A stretch of 24,859 nt of DNA from a virus (lineage: Duplodnaviria > Caudoviricetes). Numbering within the stretch: position 1 is the first letter of the stretch; the number at the start of each line of letters is the position of its first letter. The stretch lies in IMG/VR virus record IMGVR_UViG_3300044455_000006, positions 1 to 24,859 of that record. The stretch is one strand, 5' to 3'. The notes under the pieces were generated by a model. It saw only the letters and a list, made by a program, of their open reading frames with translations, was not told the DNA's origin and ran no database searches. The translations under genes and the position numbers were made by a program. Below are positions 1 through 9,295 of the stretch, piece by piece.

Positions 1-1105
1 AGTCTTGGATAACAGCAGTGATGTTGTTAGCGGGAGCAATGGTGTCCTTGATGAATGTAACCGGGGAGACAAAGTTGACGAATCCCAATGCCTGGCTTCT
101 CTGTAGTACAGGATTCTGAGCGGATGAGGTTACGGAGTCCTGTAGCACACTGCCGATATAGACGTTTAATGTGTACGTCAGAGACTCTTCGGTGATAGCG
201 TCCATATCAGAGAAATGAAATTCGTAGTCACCAAGGACTTCGCCCGAAGTCGTACTATCCTGTAGTTCACCACCGCGGACCGCTTCAGCCGGATATACAT
301 CTGGAAACGATGAATTTCGAATAACTTCCCATCGTCCGAAGTTCGTCAACCCCGTCAACGTTATCTCATAACCTGCGGTATCATCCATCGGAGAGATAGG
401 AGTTACAGCGAGGGTGGTAGATAGAACTTGTAGTCTGACGAAGACAGTGGAACCGGAAGATGCCGAGGCGTTGGTATATGTGAATACTGGAGGACTAGCT
501 CCTGTACCAGCGGTACAGTTAGCGTCGACAACAATAACTCGACCGTCGTCGCCGTCAGCGAACGGTGCATCAAGTCGAAGGTTCGTTGAACCTAATGTCG
601 CACCGGACTCCGCGAGGAGATTGGCTGTCGGGGTGCCAGTATTAGAATCGGTTCCGGTGTAGCCTAGTAGCCAGTTACCTGTGACGACACCAGTCGCTAA
701 CGACCCCGTAGCAGAGTAGTTAGCTCCGCTCGTAGCATCGAACCCAGTCGTAACCGTAGACATCCGCCATAGCTCAGAAGCACCTTTGGTGTACGCAGTG
801 GTGACGCCGATACCCTGAGATACCGTACCAGTGAAGGTAACGGTGGTGTCGGAGTAAGTACCTAGTTTCTTGTATACGATGACTCTAACTGAGCCGACGT
901 CAGAACCGGAGGCTACGCTGCCGTTTACAACCTCAGCGACTTTGACCCAGTTGTTCGTGATAGAAAGAACGGTGATGTTGTATGGTTTGATATAGACAGT
1001 TAAAGTGGAGATGTCCGTAGCGGCCACCCCTGCGGGGGCCGCTACGAGCATCGATGATGTTATTGATGATGCCGCCGTACCGACTGCTCGGAATCCGATA
1101 GTCAT
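1..1105 (-). CDS. Minor tail protein, distal-tail (Dit)-like position, with N-terminal beta-rich domain; runs off the left edge
   Basis: Not in ORF track. Hand translation from ATG 1105 (SD AGAGGTG): MTIGFRAVGTAASSITSSMLVAAPAGVAATD...AVRGG...GDYEF...VIQD, open to the window edge; directly follows the tape measure gene. Confidence 0.8.
   Translation of the reverse strand, partial: MTIGFRAVGTAASSITSSMLVAAPAGVAATDISTLTVYIKPYNITVLSITNNWVKVAEVVNGSVASGSDVGSVRVIVYKKLGTYSDTTVTFTGTVSQGIGVTTAYTKGASELWRMSTVTTGFDATSGANYSATGSLATGVVTGNWLLGYTGTDSNTGTPTANLLAESGATLGSTNLRLDAPFADGDDGRVIVVDANCTAGTGASPPVFTYTNASASSGSTVFVRLQVLSTTLAVTPISPMDDTAGYEITLTGLTNFGRWEVIRNSSFPDVYPAEAVRGGELQDSTTSGEVLGDYEFHFSDMDAITEESLTYTLNVYIGSVLQDSVTSSAQNPVLQRSQALGFVNFVSPVTFIKDTIAPANNITAVIQD
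1016..1046. other. GC-rich intragenic inverted repeat
   Basis: CGTAGCGGCC-A-CCC-CTGC-GGG-GGCCGCTACG: 10 bp plus 3 bp stem. Confidence 0.5.
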
Positions 1106-1108
1106 CCG

Positions 1109-4100
1109 TTAAACACCTCTTCCTCTACGGAATCCTTGAGCGATTGCGTGGTTGTTGCCGTCGACTGTTGCGGCGACTCTATCTAGAATTAGTTCGTTAC
1201 CGAGATAGACGGAGACATAATGTTCTCCTTCGCCCATATTTCCCTTCAACACATCCCACTGACCAGCCGTAAACACTGGCTCAGGTTGTGAGGTACCGTT
1301 GTAGAGACCAGGCTCTAGCCATCCGCCGTTGTCGTAGCCCCTCGGAGTCGCCCCTACAGCCTGTTGGACATTGAAGATAGAACCATAACGTGCTTGGATG
1401 TATCTCAGTCCTGCTAGGATGTTGTCAAGAGGAGCACGGATGTTGTCGTATCCAGGATATTTGTATGCATTGAAGGTTGGTCCGATAGTCTGCATCAAAC
1501 CAATTGATGGTGTACCCCTAGCAGCGTTGCTGTCAGAGAGGTTGGTAGCGAGAGGGTTACCGCCGGACTCACGTCCGATTAGCGTCAGCAACGGACCTAA
1601 CCACGACTGAGGTAGACCTAGCATACTAAGTGCCTGGCTAGCTGTAGCTCTCCACTGTTGAGCGCCAGCCAACCCACTCCCACTGAAGTTACCAGCGTCC
1701 ATCGCTGCCTGAGCAGTGATGGCTTCGTTGACTTTATCTTTGATGTAGTCACGGATTTTGAAGATAGATGCTTTAGCCATCTCTCCATAAACTCCACCGG
1801 GTAGTAGCTTGACGAGGTTGTTAACAGCAGGATTCATCATGTTATCCATGACCCAACCGAGACCCTTAGCTAACCATTCGTTGAAGAATCCGGAGATACC
1901 ACCACCTCTGCCACCGAAGATCGCGTAGTCTCGACTAGTAGTTCTGTGAATCAATTCGATAACACCGGCGGTACGCTCCCAGAATGACGCGAACGCATCC
2001 TGGTTATAGCCACCGAAGTCAACAGCACGACCCTCGGAGTGGTGGTCTAATCCACCACCGGAGCCTCGTGAGCCCGGTCTGTAGGTAGATGAGACGTTGA
2101 ACGGTAAACCCGATTCCGCAGCCTTTCTTACGATGCCCGGCCAGTTCATCGGAGGCCCACCCATGGCAACGTGGACGTGATTCCTGTGTGCTTCTAGTAG
2201 GGCGTTGTTGCCCCCACCTACACGACCACCAGTAGCGAAGCTTGGGAACCTGCCCGTTCGGTTCATGAAGTTGAGGTTTCTGTATCCAAGTTCATTGGAG
2301 GATTTAGCATTGATGATGTATTCGTTGCGACTAGCTAACACAGGAACGGAGTCGGATGTCTCTGTCCCAGGACCTAAGACCTTTCCACCAGTAGCGAAAC
2401 TCTCTCGCCTACCGGAACCGTTTACGACACCACCGCCAGATAGCCTAGGGATATCGGGAATCCTGAAACTGATGCCCAACTTCTCTAGGACAGCGTTGAT
2501 AGCGTTCTTGCCCATGTTGAGGATGTCAATGACGGAGTTGATACCGGCTTTAACGGCACCAACGATTCCAGTCCATACATCCCCTAGGACTTTGTGCATC
2601 CCAGTCCAGATCTCATCCCACTTACGCCGAATGGCCTCTAGAGTGATTTCCATAATCGTTTTAATCATCGTGAATGTCGATGAAACAATTCCCCACATCT
2701 GTTGCCAGATAGTAGCTAGAATCCCGTGGACAGAAGTCCAGATGGTATTCCATACGCCTCGGATGGAATCGAGGGTCCCAGAGATGAAGCTAGCCATCGA
2801 ACCGAAGACGCTACGAACGACGTCGCTCATCATCCGCCATATAGTCGAGAAGATGTTGAAGATCATAGTCCATACCGAATTCCACACAGAAGCTACGACG
2901 TTCAATAGACTCCCGATGAAATTGGCTATACCGCCGAAGGTTGTCGTAACGACCACCGACATCAAACCCCAGATAGTTGCGAGTATGGTGAAGATGGTAG
3001 TCCAGGAACTATTCCATACGGTTACTAGTACCGCTAGAGATCCGGCTAGGAACCCGAAGACAGAATTCCAAACTCCTGAGAAGAAGTTAGCGATACTGGT
3101 CCAAACTGCGACAAAGAAATCTCTAACTGCACCCCAACTGGTACTCCATATGTTCTTCCAAATTCCCATCTCTTCGACGAGAGTCGTTCGGATGGACGCC
3201 CAACCACCAACTGAACTGTTCTTGATATCAGTCCAGAGGTTGATGAACTTCTGACCGATGTTGAGGCGTAGCTTCTCGGTCTCAGCGGAGAAGTCGTCCC
3301 ACTGATTCGCCCAGAAACTTTTACCCTGACCAGTACCTTTTGCGTCAGCATTCATGTCTGGCATAATCTGTCTACCAGCTAAGCCAGCAAGGATAACTCG
3401 GATATCTTCTAGATCACTCTTCGTATTCCTGATGAGGTGGAAGGTTTGTTCGAAGTGACTTCCCTCGCCGAATGCGACCTGGAATTCATCACTGATCTCT
3501 TTAATGATTGTCCAAATATCACTGAAGATGCTCTTGATAGCTTGGAGCTTCGTCTCCATCGGGCCTACGCCGTCAGGATCGGTATTCCAATCCATCCATG
3601 TCTTCGACAGGAAGACGAGAATGTCTGCGATAGTTGTCAGCGTTGCTGCCATCAAATCGAATAGGTGTTTGAGTCCTAAGACTGCTCCATCCATCGCCTG
3701 TTGGTCAGCTAAGAACTTGTCAAAGACTGCTCCGAAGGCTACGCCTAGAGTTGTGAGACCAGCAGATAGAGTAGCCATAATTCTCGTCATAAAGGGAGAA
3801 TTCATCATTCTCTCCATCGGGCCTAAGAAGCCGTTGACGAAGCCAATCATACCCTCAGCTAGTGGGCCAACGAATCGTGAAGCACCCACCAACATCGCAT
3901 TCAGCAGCGGTCCCCAGCCCTTTAACGCAACGGTGACCTTATCTAGTGCAGCGGATGTTACTTTAGCGAAAGCCTCAGCACCACGACCATCAAAGATTTC
4001 AGTCGTGAACATCTCCTTCAATCTACTAGCTGCGGCAGTTACTCGTTGGTCCTTAGCGACCAGCGCGATACCGAGAGCTACAGCGGCCGTACCGAAGCCA

Positions 4101-4744
4101 GCAAACAGAGCTCCAGAGACCATCGCGCCGAGCGCGGGGAGTACGGCGGCTACGCCTGCGATCAATGACGCACCGATGGCTAAACCAATTGGTCCACCGC
4201 GACCGCTGAATAGCGCCTCCATCCGACCAGGAAGGAGGGAGAGGCCCGCATCGACACCTCTCATTATCTCTACGCCCCAGTGCCGACCATGATGGTCGAC
4301 ATCTACATCAGTCTTAAGTAACCTCTTCTTGATTTGTTCATCAATTTTGAAGCTATCTGATACGACCCTCTTGAATTGGTCGTCGGCAGACTTAGCGAAA
4401 GCTCTACCAGCGCGGTCACCTTCGGCGGCGTAAGCTGCTGACATCCTTCTATCCGCTGCGGTTGAGGATGCAATCTCGTCTTGTAGGCGTCTGATGCTTC
4501 GAGTAGAGTCCTCCGCAGCCTTGACCCGTTGCTTCTCAAGTGATTGGAAAGCAGACATCTGTTTGTTGATGTGGACATCGAACTGTCGGTCTGCATCTCT
4601 GAAGGCTTTCTGGATGTTTTCGTTATAGTTCTTACCGAAAGCTAGACTAGCTCTCTTCCCCATAGCCTCCGACACCTTAACGAAATTGTCTTGATCGAGA
4701 CGAGTCTCGACATCGATATAACCTTCACCAACTTTAACCGCCAT
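1109..4744 (-). CDS. Tape measure protein with C-terminal zinc-peptidase-like and lytic transglycosylase (SLT) domains
   Basis: 1211 aa; N-terminal VGEGYIDV; Trp/Phe-periodic helical repeats; FATGG motifs; HxxGxAxD and HxNHVH; SLT motifs RESGGNP..GLMQ..AGLRYIQARYG; follows the tail chaperones. Confidence 0.95.
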   Translation of the reverse strand: MAVKVGEGYIDVETRLDQDNFVKVSEAMGKRASLAFGKNYNENIQKAFRDADRQFDVHINKQMSAFQSLEKQRVKAAEDSTRSIRRLQDEIASSTAADRRMSAAYAAEGDRAGRAFAKSADDQFKRVVSDSFKIDEQIKKRLLKTDVDVDHHGRHWGVEIMRGVDAGLSLLPGRMEALFSGRGGPIGLAIGASLIAGVAAVLPALGAMVSGALFAGFGTAAVALGIALVAKDQRVTAAASRLKEMFTTEIFDGRGAEAFAKVTSAALDKVTVALKGWGPLLNAMLVGASRFVGPLAEGMIGFVNGFLGPMERMMNSPFMTRIMATLSAGLTTLGVAFGAVFDKFLADQQAMDGAVLGLKHLFDLMAATLTTIADILVFLSKTWMDWNTDPDGVGPMETKLQAIKSIFSDIWTIIKEISDEFQVAFGEGSHFEQTFHLIRNTKSDLEDIRVILAGLAGRQIMPDMNADAKGTGQGKSFWANQWDDFSAETEKLRLNIGQKFINLWTDIKNSSVGGWASIRTTLVEEMGIWKNIWSTSWGAVRDFFVAVWTSIANFFSGVWNSVFGFLAGSLAVLVTVWNSSWTTIFTILATIWGLMSVVVTTTFGGIANFIGSLLNVVASVWNSVWTMIFNIFSTIWRMMSDVVRSVFGSMASFISGTLDSIRGVWNTIWTSVHGILATIWQQMWGIVSSTFTMIKTIMEITLEAIRRKWDEIWTGMHKVLGDVWTGIVGAVKAGINSVIDILNMGKNAINAVLEKLGISFRIPDIPRLSGGGVVNGSGRRESFATGGKVLGPGTETSDSVPVLASRNEYIINAKSSNELGYRNLNFMNRTGRFPSFATGGRVGGGNNALLEAHRNHVHVAMGGPPMNWPGIVRKAAESGLPFNVSSTYRPGSRGSGGGLDHHSEGRAVDFGGYNQDAFASFWERTAGVIELIHRTTSRDYAIFGGRGGGISGFFNEWLAKGLGWVMDNMMNPAVNNLVKLLPGGVYGEMAKASIFKIRDYIKDKVNEAITAQAAMDAGNFSGSGLAGAQQWRATASQALSMLGLPQSWLGPLLTLIGRESGGNPLATNLSDSNAARGTPSIGLMQTIGPTFNAYKYPGYDNIRAPLDNILAGLRYIQARYGSIFNVQQAVGATPRGYDNGGWLEPGLYNGTSQPEPVFTAGQWDVLKGNMGEGEHYVSVYLGNELILDRVAATVDGNNHAIAQGFRRGRGV

Positions 4745-4751
4745 CTATCTC

Positions 4752-5273
4752 CTACACCCCCTCGGTGTTTTTCGGTTGCCGTTCTGGACAACTACATCTG
4801 ATCTCACCGCCACCGTCGTTGATCCTCGAAGAGATACAACTATTCGTATGTTCGATAACCTTTTTAGATGCAGTAAGCATTCCCTTCAACTCCGCTACAC
4901 TAGTGAAGACCTTCCTAGGTTTATCCTCTTCGGGTTTGTCGTATCGTGGACGTTCGATAGGCTTCGGACCTTTAGCCCAGAGTTTCTTGTAATCCTTGCC
5001 GATCTGAGCAGCGGCGACGAAGTAGGTTTGGTAGTTGAGGAAGTTAATCCCATCCACCAGTGTCATCAGAAGATGTTGATCCGTCGATAGCGGATCGTTT
5101 CGCATCTTCCTAGCTATTCTACTATCTTCTGGGAGATTGATGATTAAGTTAATTACACGACGACAGCTAACTTCACCTCTCAAAAAAGAGTAGAGGTCGA
5201 AGTTGTAGTATTGAATTAAATCAGCTTCTAGCTGACTTAGAAGTATGGGATCTTGAAAGATCCCATACAGCAA
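4752..5273 (-). CDS. Tail assembly chaperone C-terminal extension (lambda gpT-like), probably made by -1 frameshift
   Basis: Lies in the -1 frame directly after GGGAAAA; LEADL..YY..DL motif; TTG start without a clear SD. Confidence 0.85.
   Translation of the reverse strand: MLYGIFQDPILLSQLEADLIQYYNFDLYSFLRGEVSCRRVINLIINLPEDSRIARKMRNDPLSTDQHLLMTLVDGINFLNYQTYFVAAAQIGKDYKKLWAKGPKPIERPRYDKPEEDKPRKVFTSVAELKGMLTASKKVIEHTNSCISSRINDGGGEIRCSCPERQPKNTEGV
5243..5268 (-). promoter_or_regulatory. Putative frameshift-stimulating hairpin
   Basis: Perfect 11-bp stem GTATGGGATCT-TTCA-AGATCCCATAC starting 10 nt 3' of the slippery site. Confidence 0.65.
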
Positions 5274-5275
5274 CG

Positions 5276-5647
5276 TTATTTTCCCGAATCCAAGTCCAAA
5301 GCTTCAAACAACTTACCGATGAAATCATCGAGATCGCTAAGGGTTTTCGTTTTCTTCCGTAGCACCTTATACTGCTCTGCGCCCAATAGGGCTTTGACGA
5401 AGCCAAGGATCTGATTAGACTCTTGAGCTTCGACGGCTTCTAGTGGCCAAAGCTTAGGTGCAGGGATGGTATATTTTTCGTCATCGTAGTCGAAGACGAC
5501 ATCAGCATCGACAGCTTCTGTTTCTAGAACTTGTTTCGTGGTCATTTCGTTTCCTTCGAGTTGGTTACAGCAACAACGTTCATTAAAAAATATACAAGGC
5601 ATCCAGTCACAGATGCCATCTCCACATGCTCCACACATCACTGTCAT
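5276..5647 (-). CDS. Tail assembly chaperone (lambda gpG-like); alternative start at 5545
   Basis: Between major tail and tape measure genes; WP..A.EA..ALLG.EQY motif; ATG 5647 has SD AGGAGGT, ATG 5545 has SD GAAGGA. Confidence 0.88.
   Translation of the reverse strand: MTVMCGACGDGICDWMPCIFFNERCCCNQLEGNEMTTKQVLETEAVDADVVFDYDDEKYTIPAPKLWPLEAVEAQESNQILGFVKALLGAEQYKVLRKKTKTLSDLDDFIGKLFEALDLDSGK
5279..5285 (-). promoter_or_regulatory. -1 programmed ribosomal frameshift slippery site G GGA AAA
   Basis: X XXY YYZ heptamer just before the TAA of the chaperone gene; the -1 frame reads into 4752..5273. Confidence 0.9.
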
Positions 5648-5672
5648 TACTACCTCCTAAATGAAGTAGTAT

Positions 5673-5703
5673 AACGAGCGTAGGGTTGAACCCTACGCTC
5701 GTT
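5673..5703 (-). terminator. Stem-loop terminator/attenuator after the major tail gene (no U tract)
   Basis: AACGAGCGTAGGGTT-G-AACCCTACGCTCGTT, perfect 15-bp inverted repeat 6 nt after the stop codon. Confidence 0.75.
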
Positions 5704-5709
5704 GTATAA

Positions 5710-6270
5710 CTATGATGCAGGTATGAGATCTGGGTTGTCGGAGTAGATGTATGCAAGCGTTCCCGAAGAGTCGAGAGCGCGGAAGGTTACGCCAGTAATC
5801 TGGGCGTTATTACGAACAAGCTGTAAAGCTTCACGGTCAGCTAACACAGCCGTTGGAATCACTAGACGAACGTCGTCACCAAGGTCATCAGTCCATTCGA
5901 TAATAAGAGCCTTCTCCTGCGAACCAGGACTAGAAGGAATAACCATCTTCGCTTGGCCGAAGTTATTCGTCCACGTACCAACGAAGAAGTAGAGACCCCA
6001 AGTGGTTATGTTAACCTGACCCATATTGAATTGGATCTCGAAGGTCACGGTATCAAGAGTAGTCTTAACTGGAACGGCTGACTGCCACATCATAATATCA
6101 GTTAGTTCGACATTAGGTGTAAGCGAAGCGCCATCCTCATCGAGATAACCAAGCTCCTTGAATGCGGCATTCAGTGCCATCGTCGCATTAGTAGGGAGCA
6201 CAGTCCCTAATGGCGCAACATAAGCATGGCCTGACGGGGCAAGGCGAACCTCAGTTGAATCTAGAGCCAT
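5710..6270 (-). CDS. Major tail (tube) protein
   Basis: 186 aa; G.AYVAP.GT..P and LGYLDEDG..L motifs; strong SD GGGAGGTG; followed by a hairpin and the chaperone pair. Confidence 0.92.
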   Translation of the reverse strand: MALDSTEVRLAPSGHAYVAPLGTVLPTNATMALNAAFKELGYLDEDGASLTPNVELTDIMMWQSAVPVKTTLDTVTFEIQFNMGQVNITTWGLYFFVGTWTNNFGQAKMVIPSSPGSQEKALIIEWTDDLGDDVRLVIPTAVLADREALQLVRNNAQITGVTFRALDSSGTLAYIYSDNPDLIPAS

Positions 6271-6320
6271 TTATTTCACCTCCCTTTTCTAAGAGAATGG
6301 GACCGACAGGCGTCTAGTCT

Positions 6321-6773
6321 TTAAGAAGACTGGACTGACAGAGGCGGCCCTGACGGAACTATCGTTAGTCGCACTGCGGCGACATAGCGGCTAGTTTCTT
6401 GCAACTTATCTGGAACGCGAGTAGCCCCCTGCTCCAGTTTGCAGTCAGAGATAAAGAGGCCAAAACCCCTGTAGTCACCCATTGACCGCATAAGACTTGC
6501 TAAGCAAATCTCACAAATATCTTTAGCGACAGAACGTCGCTCGGCGTAGACCATCAAATCAATTCGTACTCTTTGAATCTTTGGCCACGTCATACTGGCC
6601 CCCTCTTGGACGACTTCAATCCATCTATCATCGGGTTCATAGCCGACGAGATTTGTAGTGATAGTCAGAGGAGGATTAGGAGGGAAATGAGGTAGTTCTG
6701 GTGTGTCGTTCTGTAGGATATCTACAACAGCAGCTTCGGCATCTCCGAAGATAATCATTTCTGGTTGACCCAT
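6321..6773 (-). CDS. Tail terminator protein
   Basis: 150 aa; FGDAEAAV, RIDLMVYA, RVPD..SRY motifs; immediately upstream of the major tail gene. Confidence 0.75.
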   Translation of the reverse strand: MGQPEMIIFGDAEAAVVDILQNDTPELPHFPPNPPLTITTNLVGYEPDDRWIEVVQEGASMTWPKIQRVRIDLMVYAERRSVAKDICEICLASLMRSMGDYRGFGLFISDCKLEQGATRVPDKLQETSRYVAAVRLTIVPSGPPLSVQSS

Positions 6774-7132
6774 TACACACCACCCCCGACAACTTCTAAT
6801 CCATGAGTCAGGGGTTTATATCTCAGAACGAATGTATGTCCACCAGCTTGTGCACCGTATTCAACCCACACCGCAGCGGGGTCATCGTTGTATGCCTGAT
6901 AGAGCAACCCACGAGCACGTTGTAGTTTACGTACTCCGAATGAATTGATATACTTCGGTGGTGTGGTTTCGGATGTTCGCCATTCGTTATCTGGCCGTTG
7001 CTGTCGAATGAAGTCTGTGGCCGCTGCCGCTATGATGGCGTCGGCTCGACTCCTGACATACGCATCAGCCCTAGGATCAGTTTTAAGAATGGCGTCTAGG
7101 GCACCGGGGTAGACCTTCATAGAGAACGCCAT
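6773..7132 (-). CDS. Neck/tail completion protein (HK97 gp10-like)
   Basis: 119 aa; A.WVEYG motif; synteny. Confidence 0.7.
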   Translation of the reverse strand: MAFSMKVYPGALDAILKTDPRADAYVRSRADAIIAAAATDFIRQQRPDNEWRTSETTPPKYINSFGVRKLQRARGLLYQAYNDDPAAVWVEYGAQAGGHTFVLRYKPLTHGLEVVGGGV

Positions 7133-7486
7133 CTATCCCTCCCTAACCCTAGCAATCACCTGAACATATCTTTCTAAGCCACTGAATCGACGCCACGTAC
7201 CGTGATGGCCGAAGACGTCGTAGATGTTGTCTTCGAAGACGATTCGATCCGTTACTTCAAATCTCGTACCAGGGGGAGCGAAGATGCGGATTGCAGTCCT
7301 AGCAAACTCTCTGTCGCGATTCTCTTCGAGGTTAAGCTTCTCGGCCAACGGGAAGGGTTGGACGTTACAGTTTCCTACAACAGTCTCGACGGCGTTATCC
7401 CAGTCACGGTATTTACTGCCGTCTCTAGGATCGGTTAAGAGAGCGGCACGCTGGACGGTGATGGTGTCATTACCTAGGGGTCGCAT
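7133..7486 (-). CDS. Head-to-tail stopper/adaptor
   Basis: DW.NA..T..CNVQP, DRI.F..YDV.G and C-terminal REG; ATG 7486 preferred (SD GGGGTG) over GTG 7495. Confidence 0.78.
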   Translation of the reverse strand: MRPLGNDTITVQRAALLTDPRDGSKYRDWDNAVETVVGNCNVQPFPLAEKLNLEENRDREFARTAIRIFAPPGTRFEVTDRIVFEDNIYDVFGHHGTWRRFSGLERYVQVIARVREG

Positions 7487-7498
7487 ACCCACCACCCC

Positions 7499-8092
7499 TT
7501 AAAGTGTCGGGAGTATATTAGAGACGTTACTATCTCGGTAACCGAGACGCCATGAACTATAAACTGAACTATATCGATCTAGAACATCTTTCGAGAGAGA
7601 TACGACCGTCACCGAACCTTCATCGGTTGGTTTACTGTAAGCTTCAGTGACATCGCCAACAGTGAAGCTTGTTAGTGTTCCCGTCGCTCCGAGACCCAAG
7701 ACGTCACTGATAGCTTGTGTAGCTACATGCTTGATATCATCGGGTACGGCGGAATAGCCATGAGTGTAAGTAACATCTACAACCTCATTGGGATCCAGTC
7801 TGGACAGTGTAGTCAAACCATCCCAAACCCATGATGTCTCAGCGTTTGACCGTACGTTCTTTACGGAAGATACGGTAGATACTGGACCACCCCCTAGATC
7901 GATCATGCCGTAGTAATCGGCTTGATAGCGAACGACATCCCCCGTCTTCGTCTCAAAAGAGACGTCAACGTAGTCATTGATATAGGCACTGACAGAGTTT
8001 ATATACCACTGCCATTGTGCTGCTTCTGCTCCCGATTCGGGGCCTCTACCAATAACAACAACTATGTCTTCTAGGTCTAATAGGGCAACCAC
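7499..8092 (-). CDS. Head-to-tail connector/adaptor
   Basis: 197 aa; VTYTHGY..VPDDIK and LDRY motifs; synteny. Confidence 0.82.
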   Translation of the reverse strand: MVALLDLEDIVVVIGRGPESGAEAAQWQWYINSVSAYINDYVDVSFETKTGDVVRYQADYYGMIDLGGGPVSTVSSVKNVRSNAETSWVWDGLTTLSRLDPNEVVDVTYTHGYSAVPDDIKHVATQAISDVLGLGATGTLTSFTVGDVTEAYSKPTDEGSVTVVSLSKDVLDRYSSVYSSWRLGYRDSNVSNILPTL

Positions 8093-8109
8093 ACATACTC
8101 ACCCCCTCG

Positions 8110-9087
8110 TTACTTGATTTGTTCAATGAATTCGATGAAGTCTCTGATCTCGCGCTGGCTCATCTCGTATAGCTTGTTCGCATTAATCGTCGCTTCCCAC
8201 GAAGCTAGACGGTAATTCTCTAGGAGATCTTCTAGAGCAAGAACCCAATCGACAGTCTTACCAAAAGGAATCTGTCGGTAGCCTATGGCGTGTTCCATCA
8301 GACCAGGGGCAGTAGAGGTAAGCGAAGGAATCCCTGAGCACGCAGCCTCAATCGGAACACGACCCCAACTCTCAATCTCGCTAGGGGCGAGTATGATCTT
8401 CGACTTCCTATAGACATCGAGAATGTTGTTAGTGTGTTCTATGATCGTGACATTGGGGAGGTCGCGAACTACTTGGTTGCCGTAGGCACCCTTGACTCCT
8501 AGGAACTTCTCACCGGGAAACGCCACCGCGAGTTGATAGAAAGTGTCGTAGCCTTTGTTGTAAAAGGGCTCGTCGCCATCGGAGAGATTGACGAGAGTGA
8601 TATATTCTCGACTACTATCGACTTCATATCTTCTCGGATCTACCGGAGGGTGGAGGGTAACCGCAGGTTTCACTGTCGACATCTTCGATTCGATAGATTC
8701 ACGAACGTGATTCGAGTTATAGACGAGATAGTCGTTGTAGCGGAGTGCGAGATTCGTCGAGTACTCGGTGTTGTTATGAACCAACTGAACTGTAGGTTTT
8801 CCCAGCTTCAGACCGATATACCACGCTCTCTGAGCACATTCAAACTGAGTTAGGATTAAGTCGAAGTTAGGGAAGTAGAGTTCAGGGTCACGTTTCGATG
8901 CGAACGCCTGCACCATCACACCATCTAAGACGTAGCTACCACTGCCGTCCTTAAATGGACGTGAAGCAAGAGCGGTGGCTTTATGTCCAGCTCGCTTGAC
9001 AATACCGAGGATGTCGTGTAGGGTGGTCTCGGCGCCTGCGTTATGGCCACTGCCCATATAAGTGTGAGCGTAAGCTAGAATGTGCAT
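8110..9087 (-). CDS. Glycosyltransferase family 4 (GT-B fold)
   Basis: GAE N-terminal motif, NKG, ESWGRVPIEAACSGIP (E-x7-E). Confidence 0.9.
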   Translation of the reverse strand: MHILAYAHTYMGSGHNAGAETTLHDILGIVKRAGHKATALASRPFKDGSGSYVLDGVMVQAFASKRDPELYFPNFDLILTQFECAQRAWYIGLKLGKPTVQLVHNNTEYSTNLALRYNDYLVYNSNHVRESIESKMSTVKPAVTLHPPVDPRRYEVDSSREYITLVNLSDGDEPFYNKGYDTFYQLAVAFPGEKFLGVKGAYGNQVVRDLPNVTIIEHTNNILDVYRKSKIILAPSEIESWGRVPIEAACSGIPSLTSTAPGLMEHAIGYRQIPFGKTVDWVLALEDLLENYRLASWEATINANKLYEMSQREIRDFIEFIEQIK

Positions 9088-9109
9088 CTTCTATCCTAGG
9101 GGGTTGTAA

Positions 9110-9295
9110 GTGATAACATGGATGAAGTATAAGTATAGATGCTTGAAGCCAATGGGACGCTTCAAGAGCGCCAGCGCAAATTCCAACAAGAAAGAAAAGA
9201 AGATCGGAAGTCACAAGGGAGTCGCAACTGAGCGACTACAGGAGAGAGTGTTGGTTATCAGCGGCACTGGAAAGAGAAAGTGGACTTGGCGCTAG
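9110..9295 (+). CDS. Small basic hypothetical protein
   Basis: 61 aa Lys/Arg-rich ORF whose TAG abuts the endonuclease ATG; no recognisable motif. Confidence 0.3.
   Translation: MITWMKYKYRCLKPMGRFKSASANSNKKEKKIGSHKGVATERLQERVLVISGTGKRKWTWR

Noticed and set aside
2205-4292. Long plus-strand ORFs 2205..3254 and 3504..4292
   Set aside because: Antisense shadows of the tape measure gene with no motifs; the same applies to other short plus-strand ORFs over real genes
9126-9137. Tandem TATACT -10-like hexamers upstream of the GT4 gene on the minus strand
   Set aside because: No well-spaced -35 element found
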